NCBI GenBank assembly: GCA_046563655.1
Contig: CM102284.1
Location: 7,254,001-7,318,000 of the forward strand
DNA length: 64,000 bases
Direction: 5' to 3'
Source: Yuukianura sp. NJ FZ-2021
Taxonomy: Eukaryota
The notes under the pieces are model-generated. The model did no database searches and was not told the DNA's origin. It was given only the letters and a program-made list of their open reading frames with translations. The position numbers and the translations under genes are program-made. This document shows, piece by piece, positions 27,398 to 39,500 of the stretch (position 1 is its first letter; each line of letters starts with the position of its first letter).

Positions 27398-27956
27398 TCC
27401 GTTAGTCCGTAAGCTACTCCGTTTTGGTATCAAATAACTCCTTTACAAATTAGTTTTTAACTGCTCTGTTTTATTAAGTAATCGTTATCAAACGAAACGC
27501 AGCGATCTATTAGCGCCGAATATAACAAAGCTTTCGCTGATTTCCGAATTTGCTGGACTAATTTTTTTTTAAGTATTTAGCACAGTCATGCCAACTTAAG
27601 TGCATATGACATATATGGTAGTAAATGGTAGTCAGGTTTCGCAAACACTACTTACTATAAGGTACGTCGCTACCAAACGCCAAAAGGTCAATGACCCCGT
27701 GGGAGGAGGTGCGAAAGTAGTGAAATGCGCTTGCGTTGCGCAATCGCAGCTGATGCAAGGCAACTCCATCAAACTTCTTTGTTGTCTCACTTTGATCGCT
27801 CTTCAGTCAGTTCAATGTAGTAGACAAGAGAAGAGGTCAATCAAAAATTGACACCAACGACAACTGTAACCAAATTCCAGTAAATTCACTTCTAACATCT
27901 CTACGTTGGACTTGGATTGATTCCCTCAAAGAGATTGAATACACCATTCATCGATT

Positions 27957-29344
27957 ATGGAGCACGACAAGAACAACAACGAGGTAAGTACTCAACTTTC
28001 TAATGTCTAAAAATGTTAGAAATTAGAGGTCAAAGGTCACTTTCAGTTGACGGCTGGCATGTACGGAGCTATCGTTAGATTCAGCTTTTGTTATAGAGGC
28101 AAGAGAAGACCAAAGTTTGTAGGTCGTTGACCTTGACATTTCAGTAATTGAAGTAAAGATTAATCGAATTCCGTCTTTTAGGAGGACGAAAAGACAAAGT
28201 TGATTCGAGACAAGATGGAAGAAGAGTCAAGTGACCAACATGAGGGCGGCGGAGACTGCGTTCCCACTCCTTCGACTTCCAAGAACCAAAGAAGCTGCTC
28301 TGTTGTAGCCGCAAACCATCGTGATGCAAGCGGTTTCTTCACGCAAGTCGTCCAACGACGGACCAACATCTACTCCACCAAACCTGTTCCGCTGAAGTCT
28401 CCATGGAGTTTCTGGATCGACCGGTAAACGACATTGCCAAGTGTACATTTCTATGAATAATCGTTTATTTGTCGTTTTTAGTGCAAACAATGGAATGAGT
28501 GTCCAGGATTTCGCTAGAAACCTTCATCACATTTATACAGTGTACAGCGTCCATGAATTTTGGCGAGTTCTTTGCAACATTCCACTCCCGACGTCACTGG
28601 ACTACCACAGCAGGTAGGACTTAATTTTGAATTTGTGTTGAACTTTAAATTTTGGATAACGTTAACTTTTCGTTTCAGTCTTCATTTCACTCGTGAGGAA
28701 CGTATGCCAATTTGGGAGGAAGCTTACAATTCACGAGGCGGAACTTTTCGCTTCCGAGTCTCCAAGAAGGATACGGTAACCTGAACAACAATTTCGGGCT
28801 AATTACTTAATAATTTCGGTCACTTGCTAAAAGTTGTTTCAAATTTTCAGGATAAAGTTTGGCGAGAACTGCTTATGTCCACGGCTGCTGAGCATTGGTT
28901 CCACTTCGTCGATGGCGCAGATGATATCGTTGGAATCACCGTGTCCATTCGCGAACGCGAAGACTTGTTCATGATCTGGAACCTCGACTCGTCGTTGGCC
29001 AAAGTCGCTCGGGTTTTTGACTGTGTTCGGCTCATTCTTCCTGATACGTTCTTTGTGGGAGAATTCTACAAACGTAAGTTTTTTCTAATTTTAACCTCAG
29101 TTTTTATCTTTTTTGAAACTTTTCATATTGTTTTTCAGCTCACACGAATCACCATGCCTTTGAAAAGCGATTGGCAGTGGCAGCAGCCACTTCTCAGGAG
29201 GGTATCATCGACATGTTGAAGCATCATCGCAGCGGAGACGGAAGTGGTGGAGGATTCTACAGTGCTGGTGGCAGTCGATCCAGTACTGGGCGACGACATC
29301 CTCGATCGGGTCAATCTGAACCGTACGGAAGACAGCAACATTGA
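27957..29344 (+). CDS. EIF4E3: Class III eIF4E cap-binding protein
   Basis: Exons 27957-27983, 28182-28423, 28482-28613, 28679-28775, 28851-29073, 29139-29344. Motifs VPLKSPWSFWIDR, IYTVYSVHEFW, ERMPIWEE..GG, VWRELL, DDIVGITVSIREREDLFMIWN, FYKPH..HHAFE match eIF4E3. Confidence 0.88.
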
Positions 29345-30524
29345 AGAGGTCAGGGGTCAAAGATATCAAAGGATCATCAACTCAACACGCAGTCCTTCCT
29401 GTCTAAACGAACGGTATCGATCCATCGTAATGCTTCTTCGAGTCAACGTAAGTCAACCATCGAATCTCACAATCGCAGTATCCCAGTATTACCAACTTTA
29501 GCCAGTAAGAACAGTATTCTTGAAGCTCTTTTGTAGTGGAAATGCTAGAAATATTCTAGGAGGAAGATGTTAATTATGTGATATTCTTCTGCTAAAAATC
29601 ATTTTGTAAAAATTACATGGAAGTACTGTCTCAGTACATTATGTCAATAATAAATATAATCTAATAGTCAATGTTAAGTTTTTACTAAATAATACAAATA
29701 AGTTAAGTAATTATTAGTTGGTAAAATTACTAATTAGCATCAGTAGTTTGTCAACCTATTAAATTCTATTTGTACGTTTACATTGGAATTAAAATTCATT
29801 CGAATGTCATCGATCTCAACAATAGTCTTTCTATCCTTTGCTAGCAACTAATTTCAATAACCTTTTAGTTTATTGTGTAATATCAGCTTTAATTGAGTCA
29901 TAATTAGAACTTAAAGTTAATCAATTAATTCTAAATCGACTAAAATAAGAGTAGATTAATCGATTAACATAAATGTTTAGGTAAGACGCCGTGTAAAAAA
30001 AGGCGGGAGGAGAATGAGTCAACAAAGAGAACCGGAGGAGAAGACAAGCAAAAAAAAATTATTTGGAGTTTGATTTTTATTTGTGATTTATTTTCGAAGT
30101 GTTTACGAATTAATTGGCTGTAGTTGTTCTAATTTCTAATTAGTTAAAGTGTTTGAAATGTAAAACTGATGTCGTGGTTTGCTATCAAGTTATGTTTTAT
30201 ATCTATCCTGGTTGCAACTGAATTGAGTGATAGAGACTTCCTTGTCCTTGGGTCATTCTTCTTCTGTTTCTCGTGTCAAAGTTTAATTATTCTCTTCAGT
30301 TTGTTATGGTTGCCTCAAGATGATGTCCAGTGGGCCTTCACTGGCCTCGGTCCGTCTCCATTAGCGCTGGATATAAGTCAACCGATAACATAAGCAGTAG
30401 CAGCATTAACATTCCTTGGCGACATTGATTTCCAACTGAAACGGGAAGAAGTAAGCCCACTGACCCACCGCTTATCCTTTTTTTCGTTTAACCTTATAAT
30501 TAGTACTGGACTGTTTTGTTTCAG

Positions 30525-32776
30525 ATGTCTAGGCCAAGGAAGAATGCTGCCAATTTCACACTGGGAACTGGTTCGCAGCAGTATCATCATTACACCGTGC
30601 CAAAGTCCAGATCCGAGAACTTCATCGACTACATGAGGAGTACTGGCTACGAACTGCCCAGAAACTTTAGCCCAGCTCATTGTGATTATTTATTCCAAGA
30701 TACGGAACTGTTTGATTGTGTCAAGTTCTTAATGGGTCGATTCAAGCGATCGGTTGGAGAAGAGGAATTGAAAAGGTTATCTTAGGTGTAATTTGGCTAC
30801 CAATTCTTCTTTGAAAAACGAAATAATCTTGTTCGTTTGTATAGATTTCAGAACTTATTGGACAATAACCAAGTACTAAGCAAATCAGAGCTTAACGCTG
30901 CCCGAAGTGTGGAGAAGGAAAGGATAATTGAAGCTCAGAATTCCATGAAGATCCTAGCAGAGCAAAAGGATTCATTGGCTGCGGAAATAGACGAAACGCG
31001 CCGAAGGATTGAGCAATGGAAGCAGGTCAAATCTTTGCATCGGTGAGTTCCTGTTGTTCGTTTCCAGTCGAATGTTTATCTCTCCTTAAGAAACTCGTCA
31101 TCGTTAACTAAACGTATTTGAATATTATTGCAGGCGAGGTCAGGAGTTACAGAAGGAAGAAGCATTACGAGAGCGTTGTCAAAATGAAGTTCGGAAAAAG
31201 CGAATTCAAGCTGTGCGACAGGAACTACAACAAAAGCGACAACTGATGTTAGACGACCTTCGGTCAACTCGGGAGGTTTTGTTACAAGCAGTATCTCAGA
31301 AGACATCAGACTCTCAAATGGTATTTTCATTGTTGAAGATGTTGGATTCCTACCGCTTTATTAAATTGCCCTCTTAAAACTTATTTGTTTTTTCATTTTA
31401 GCAGAATCGTCACAATTGGCTCTCGAGTACACTTGATTGTGTTTCTATCGCCAGTGAAGACAGTTTCTTTGCCATCTTACGCACGACTGCAGAAAACTAC
31501 GGCTCAGGATTGGTTGGAAAATCCGAAACTTTCGATCCATTTGAAGTTGAACGATGTGCTTTGGAATGTGCTGCTAATGTCAAGGATATCGAAAGACTAC
31601 GAGCTTTAATCGTCTATGAATTTGAACGAAGTGTCCGAATGAAAGCTGGATTGGAAAAATACCGTCAGCTGGCCGAATCTTTAGATTCACTTGTAGAAAC
31701 TGCCAATCGGATTGCTTCGCAGCCTCCTCAAATACAAGCGTAAGTTTCAAACTAACAAAGTTTTCGATACTTTTTAGTTCAATCGAAGTTAAGTTGGCAA
31801 ATTGTGTTGTTTGTTCAGAAGGATTATTGGAGATTACGAAAAACGCTACAAGGAACTGAAGGAGAAGACAGCAGCGATTAAAAAATCTAAAATTTTGGAA
31901 CTGAGCCAAGGAAAGCTAAGCGAATTGAATAGTCAGGTTAAAATTGTCCAAAACTCGAAAGCGATGGCTAAGGTAAGATTAACACACAAAAAAACTGTCC
32001 AAATTGACAATTTTACTTCATTTGCTCTTATTTAGACAAAAGAAAACCAATTCTTCGGCCTCGTCAGTAAAATGTTACTGAATCAACGAGCTCGTTTGGA
32101 AATGGTGCAGCGATTGATGAATCGCAGAAACACTCGAATTACGGAAGTGATGAATTCCATGACACAGTTTCATCGTCAACTTCAACAGCTTTTACAGGTA
32201 ACTGACGCTTTACTCACTCAAAGTTTTTCAGTTTACACGTTTTTGATTCGTTTCTTGCTTAATTTTTTAGAATGGCTCGTCTCATTCCAGTCGAGTTGTA
32301 GATTTGAATCCTCATCTTCATGAAATGCTTACCAAAAAGTGTAATTTTCCACCGAGCGCTTTCTGTTCATCTGAAGCCACTTGGAAAGCTCTTGTAAACG
32401 TGGATCAAGCAGAAGATGTGGAAAATATACGCAGGACTGTTTCTGATGAGCAGAAATTGAAAACCCAGCAACTACGTCTGGAAGAATCAGTTGAAACAGC
32501 AACAAAACACTGGTTATATTTGAACTCCCGCTTCAATGACACTGGAACTGCTGCGTCGCTGCAAACTCTCATCCAGCGTAACCAACAAATCAAGGCCGAG
32601 ATGAGCACGTATCCAGAAAAGAGAGAAAATCTAATCAAGGTTTGTCTTCTTCCATCGTTTAACGTCAAAATTAAAGCAAAAACGAAAATTACATTGCAAT
32701 TTTTTACTTTTAGGACGCGATAGACTGGAAACGTTCGAAATTGGAGGAAGTCAATGCTTTTCTCGAAGGCTGCTAG
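30525..32776 (+). CDS. Coiled-coil protein, probable augmin subunit HAUS3/Dgt3
   Basis: Multi-exon, phase-consistent where checked. The N-terminus FIDYMRSTGY..CDYLFQDTELFDCVKFL resembles the HAUS3 N-terminal domain; the rest is coiled coil. Stop TAG at 32774-32776. Confidence 0.55.
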
Positions 32777-33506
32777 CGGAACCTCGATCAGCTCTTCAAT
32801 TCCTATCGTAACTGAAACATTTGCCTTATTACTTGATTTAAGCCTGATTTTTAAATCGTTTCGCCAAGCTAAAGAGAGAGTTGTGCAGATTGCTAAGTAT
32901 GAACAAAAATTATTACATTTCTTATAACATTTCGATAAATTATAGCAGTTTAGTTTCCAAAAAGAATTTGCTCAATCCCCAGCTCTATTTCAATGTAATA
33001 AAGCGAAGGATTTGCAGAATTGCAGAGAAACCATAGTTCACTCGCATGCCACTTTTGCACAAAAGTTTGCGAAAATTATGCGAGTTTTCCACTTTTCCCA
33101 GACTGCACTTGCAATTTCCCCTTCCCTCTCGTTTTTCCATTTTCGCATGCATTCTTCTCTCGTAGGGTGCAAAATGTTGAAGATTTTGAAACTTTAAATC
33201 TCTTTTATGACAAGCACTGCAGTCTTGTGAGTGTGTGTGGCTCTCAAAAAATTGTTGTGTTCATCACAATTATTTTTTACGTATTTGGATCAGTTGTAAC
33301 CGTTGCAGCGTCTCGACTCAGTGCTTTCTTGTGCTCCTAATCCCATTTAAACTCTTATTATCCCAAATCTTTAAATCTAAAACCAATTAAAGAATGAAGT
33401 GAAAGCTAAAAAGAAATTAAGCGGGTAGAGTGAAGTGGGCGGGTGTGATCTCACCGAATTCGGAGTTTTCTAATTGTGACAAGTTTAGTTTTTCAGGAAA
33501 AGGAAT

Positions 33507-36500
33507 ATGGTTTCACCGGAAGCAGGAATTGGTCGAGTCAGGAATTTGAGAGTACTGCTAGCAGGAGTGCTGCAATCTTCAAAACGTTTCAAAATGTTTC
33601 CAATACGTTGGAAATGGCGGAGGACCAGAGTTTACCATGTTATGGTGACTAGTATTTTTATTACTGTGTTTTTAGTTTCTATTTCTACAGTTTCAAGTTC
33701 AGTGCTAAGTGGTTCTTCTACAAAATCAAAACACATCGCTCATCATCAGCGTCATCAGCATCATCAGCAGCGGCTCAAGGTACGTACATTGTCTTTTTTT
33801 TTGTTATAAAACTAATTAGTTAATTGAATTACTAAAGTTGATTCAAAATCAGAAAATCTTAATTTTTTGATTTCCAAAAACTATTTCAACGCCACACGAA
33901 ACAGGTGTTGGAAATCTCGTAGCTTGAGAACACTTTTGCTAGGTTTTGATATTTTTTTGGCTGGCGTGTAATGATGTTTGTGTAACGTTAATTGAATTGT
34001 TAATTAATTTTGTTTCAAATGTTATACATTGAATTATATTGAAAAAGTTAAAAAGTTACATTTAATTCCCTAAATCAGCTTACGAAGTTAGTTTTGCAAA
34101 AAATTGGTTTTCCTGAAAGGTTTAAGCAGATAGCCGAATTTTTTGTTTCCATTTTGAAAAACAAAATTATGGGAATGACCCTAGGTGCGTCTTTAATTTA
34201 GGTGAGAGTGTTCCCATCTTTAAGTTTAAATGCGAATTTTTTCTTTTGCCTAGGGTTGAGTTTTAAGTTGATTTTTTGTGGGTTTTAGAGATGGGTTAAG
34301 CCGATATTAAAGTTAATTAACATGAAAGTTCAAAAAGGAAATTACCAAGGCTGAGAGTGCAAAAATATTTTGCAAAAGCCAAGAAACTTTTTTTTCCTGG
34401 GCTTTGGCAATCCTTATTCTGCAAAGATTTTTCGATTTTGCTAAATTTTTGCACAAAAATTTTTAGAACTGATGAGAAATTGAAAGTCTACAACTCACGC
34501 ATGATTCGTTTTCACGAGTATTTTGCTAATACGCTCAATTTAGCACCTTAATCATTGTAATTAATGTTTTTACTCTCCTTTTTCGCAAATTCATCTTCTT
34601 TTCTGGTGCGAAATGGTTGTAGAACCCACAGTTTAATCAGAGATGAATTCCTCAAAAGCGGCTTCAAGTGTGTGCCAAATTGCCAATTTAGTAAAAAGAA
34701 AGAAAGAGACAACGGCTGTGCTGAATCCTTTTCAGCTTCACGCTTCTCAGACTTTGCATCCTTTTTGCAAAAAATTCGCAAAGAGAAGTTTGAGCATTTC
34801 TTGGAGAATTTAATAATAATTCATATACGCATGAACTCTGTCGAATTTTTTACTTTTTGCAAAAATTGTTGCCAAAAAGATAAAACAATAGCAGATGCCC
34901 TTCTACTTTTGACGTTAATTTGTTCCTGGCAAGTGTCAAAGGTCAAGTCTCCCTTTCCGGTTAGGCGTTAGCCGTAAAAATTCTAATTCCTAAAAATTCA
35001 TTTTTTGTTTGAGTTTTGATTGAGAAGAGGCGAAACTAATTAATGAATTGTTCATTTTTAGCAGAAAGTGCGAATTTTATTTATGGATTTTGTTTCACTT
35101 TTAGTAAGGAGAGACCTTAACCTTGTTGCCTCGATCCATGAAAGGGGGCATTGACCTATTAATTACTTAATTGACACTTTTCAACATAAAATTTACAATT
35201 TTCAACGCTAAATTGATACTTTTGGAAAATTGAAAATTGCTAAAAGGAAAATAATTCATGACACTGATTAATTGAAACTGAAGTTTTGCCGAAGGTGTTG
35301 ATGAGAGATGGTTCTTTAATACTAAATTTTTTGGCAATGTGGATTCGGACACTCCTTGTGCCTATGCAAAAGTGAAGCCTATATTTCAAAATTTAGAGTC
35401 ATTTCAATTCAAAAGCGGGTTTTTAATCGTAAATTAAGCCATAATTTTAAATTACTTTCGACACTTTTCAATTAACGGGCGTCGCTTTATGTTATTTTTT
35501 AACGTTGTTCAATCAAATGGTGGTAAATCGGCTGCTCCTGGTTTTTTTTTTAGTTTAGTTGAGTTTTAATTTTGAGATTTTTTTTTTGTGTCCCTGACCT
35601 CATTTTAAATTTGACTTACGATTCGGTCATATAGGGTCATTTTCAAATTCGGAATAATGAAGCAACTCCCAAATGTCGCGGTTTGTTTTTGTCCGATTCT
35701 TAAACTTTGACCTCGCCCTGATTTTGGCAAAAAAAAAGTAAACAATTGTAAATGCAAGACATATTGAGACTGGGTTGATTGTTTTGTTTCTTATTTATGT
35801 TTACATTTGTTGTTTAATAAATTCAGTGGAGTGCTTTCCCTGAAAAGGAAGTGGAATTGTAAGGAACCTGACATGACAAAATTTCCATTTTGTATTTTAC
35901 TCCATTGTTCCAAAAGACTTCCTTGCCAAAACTACCTATTTGGTTCCATACACCCACCAACACGCACTTTTGAGTAAAGAAGTGTCAATTCCATTGTCTT
36001 TTCAGCAGTATGAACTCGAAGTGTGCTTGAAAATGGCTTGTTTGTAAAGAAAATTGGATGGCAAACCAAATGCTTTCTTTTTCTTTGGTCTACTGCTCCC
36101 GTTTAAAAAAACTAAAATAACAGTACAAAATATTAATCGAAAGGTTAGTTTTCTCTGGAGTACTCATTTGGTAGTTTTTTTTTTAAAGAAACTTCATTTT
36201 TTCAATAACTGCAACATTGGATTGGAAGTGAGGAGTTCTCAAAACGGATTTTGAATTTAATTTAAATGAAAATGCAGTACTAATTAGTTTTAAAAAGTAA
36301 TTATAACACGAGGAAATTAATAATCTTTTGAAAATTCTCATCGTAATTATTACATGAACTTGCTTTTGTGGAAATGAAAGTGAAAGCGTAAAAATTATGG
36401 TTTGTTCATAGTATTATTGCATTAGAGAGGTATTACCGTATTTTCCCAAATAGTACACCTGGTGTACTAATTTTGTTTTCGACTTCTGGGGGTGGTGTAC

Positions 36501-39500
36501 TATTAGGGACCTGGTGTATTATTAGAGACGGTGTACTAATTAATTTTTTAAGAATGAGGATTTTATTCTTAACTAAAACGTTTAGGAATCAGGAGAAAAT
36601 AATTTCTAAATTACTAAAAACTACTCCACTTCGTTTTCAGAATCAGTATCCACAGTGTCCAACTCGTATTCTTCTTCTCCACTTGAGTCAATTAACACAG
36701 TCACAGGTCAGATCATCGTTCATCCAACCATTTGAACTGCTACGAATTACGATCCCAGTTTCAGTTTGAAGCTTCGCTACCTCTCGAATTCCCTGTTTGA
36801 AAACGATGAATGGTTTCAGCTTTGTTCCGTCACCTTTGGCCGCTAGAACAAGCGTAGCGTGTGCCTTCTCATTTCCAGTCGACTTTAGTTGAACAGTTTT
36901 AGATCCAATTGGAGCAATTGTTGTGTTGCTCAGCATGTCGAACAACAGACTGGTTTCGTCCATTGCAATAATTTGTGATGGTTCGATCTTCGTTCTGTTT
37001 CCGTTATCCAATCCGTAATCCAGTAAAAGAGTGAATCATCCAACTCAGGGATCAATCGTTTCCGTCCACCGCCGATCAACCTTTTGTGTTTGACCTTGGA
37101 TGATTTCACGTTTGACACTATAAACAAAATACTGTTTCAGTACGAACGTAATAATGAGTAAGAACGTAAAATTTTTTATTTACAATAATTACTCACCTAA
37201 AGCATTTTCCTTTCTAATCCATGTCCGAATACTCTGTCGATCAATGTTGTATTCTTTAGCAGCTGCAGAAATTCATTTATCCTTGGCCAATTTCAACACT
37301 TTCAATTTGAACTCCAGGTCAAATGATCTTCTTTTTTGTTGGGAGACATTTTAAGTAAGAATACGAATTTTAAGTAAAACAATTCGGAGAGAAGTTACGT
37401 GGAGATAAACACAATACTACACAACAAATGAAGAGCTATAATATTAGCTCAACTAACTTCTCCGGGTGTTATACTCCTAATGCTATATTACCAAAGACCC
37501 TGGTGTACTATTTGGGACGGTGTACTAATTAATTTTTCGGCCCCTGGACCTGGTGTACTATTAGGGACCTGGTGTACTATTTAGGTATGGTGTACTATTA
37601 GGGAAAATACGGTATTTAGCTAATAATTGGCTTCCGATTCATGTCGTAATAATGTGGATGTACATAAATTAGTCTAAAACTCTTGAGGATGCAAGGAAAT
37701 GAAAGTTTCGAAATTCTTGTAATTTTGCATTTTGAAGTCACTTAATTATTTTGTGTATTTAAAATTTTTTTTTGGGGTAGAGTATTAGGTTTATGTTCTC
37801 CTCAACTGTTGAAAGTGTTTCACTGAACAGAATATGCAATTGAAAATGAAATTTGAGCTACTAAAATCAAAATGCAATGCAGTAAGAAAAGTAAAAAAAA
37901 ATTATATATAAAATTCGTCGTGTTTACTTTTCAGAATATTTTGGATGACCTGACGCCTGAAGAAAACAGACATATCTTTGGGAGTTCAAGCCCACCAAAT
38001 GGTAAGGATGCCATTACAGTGAATCAATATTTTCTGAAAATTTTGAAAATTTATAACATTTTTGAAAATTCAGTGCCAACTTTGGACATCATCAACCCAA
38101 AAATCCTCAGTGGAAAATTTCGGAGGAAGAGGTCAACAGAATTTTTAAAATCCGGAAGTGAAAGTGACGAAAAAGTGATAAATCTGCAAGGACTTGGACG
38201 GAATTTTCAGTTGACCCTGCGGCCTAACCCATCGCTTCTCAATTTAAACGATTTCGTCCACCTCTTCCGTCGTGACAATTATTCAGAAATCATACCAGAT
38301 CGAATCGTCAAAAGTCAATTGCACTGCTTTCACCATGGATCTGTCACTCATCGGCCAATTTCCACAGGTCAAAATCCAAAATACAACAAAGTTGGACTTT
38401 CAGAGTCAGAGGTCAAGAGAGGCCTTCTTGCTTTGGACATTTGCAACAACAGTCTGGTAAGGTTTTGAATTTAACTGTTATTTTTAATGTATAATTATAG
38501 AGATTGTAATTTAGAAAATGAAATTTTGAAACTGTTAACTTTCTCTGTTTCAAGCTGTGCCTCTTTAACAGTTTTTCTGTTTCGTCTCATCGCTTCAATG
38601 ACTTTGACACGCAGAGGATCTTCTTCATTTTGGCAACAAAACAGACACAAAATGTCATCGAGTTACCAAGACGATTCGATTTTTTTTCTTTTAACTAGAG
38701 TGGACATAAGGCATTTTTTCAACAAAATTTTTGAAACATTTCTAGAGCGGATAAAAACCGCTTTCATCTCAACTTTAAGCCAGTTTCACACAAACTATGA
38801 ACTGCAGGTGTCTTTTTTGTGCCACCTGCAGTTCATAGTTTGTGTGAAACTGGCTTAAAGTTGAGATGAAAGCGGTTTTTATCCGCTCTAGAAACATAGA
38901 GTAACCATGACGATTCGATTTTTTTTTCTTTTAACTAGAGTGGACATAAGGCATTTTTTCCATAGAGTTACCAGGACGATGCGATTTTTTTTTCTTTTAA
39001 CTAGAGTGGACATAAGGCATTTTTTCAACAAAGTTTTTGAAACATTTCCAAAGCGAAAAAAAAAACCGTTTTCATCTCAAGTTTAAGCCAGGTTCACACA
39101 AACGATGAATTGCAGATACCATTTTTTAAAATTTCGAAAATTATTCGCGAATTCACGAAAAAGTTAAATCTAGAGTTTTGTTTTCCAGAAATACTATCAA
39201 CCCTAATCTGTGATTCTGGAAAATGTGACTAGTAGTGGCGTGGATGTAGATAGTAACTATAGTTGTAGATAGTATATTTAACGTTTAAATTTACTTTAGC
39301 TGTGGTTAACTACTTAAAACTATTTGGAATTAAGTGAGATTTTATTTCACAACAGAGTTTAAATTCGCGAATCGGAAATACTCTGGATCTAACATCACTG
39401 ACCTCTGAAAATTACAGTTTTGTTACAAGTGTTACGAATAGTAGTTGGAACCTATACGTATGTAGTAGGTAGTAACTTAGATGTAGTTAGGTTTAGATGT

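Noticed and set aside
30169-30393. 74-aa hydrophobic ORF upstream of the HAUS3-like gene
   Set aside because: It spans probable 5' UTR intron and exon sequence; no family resemblance.
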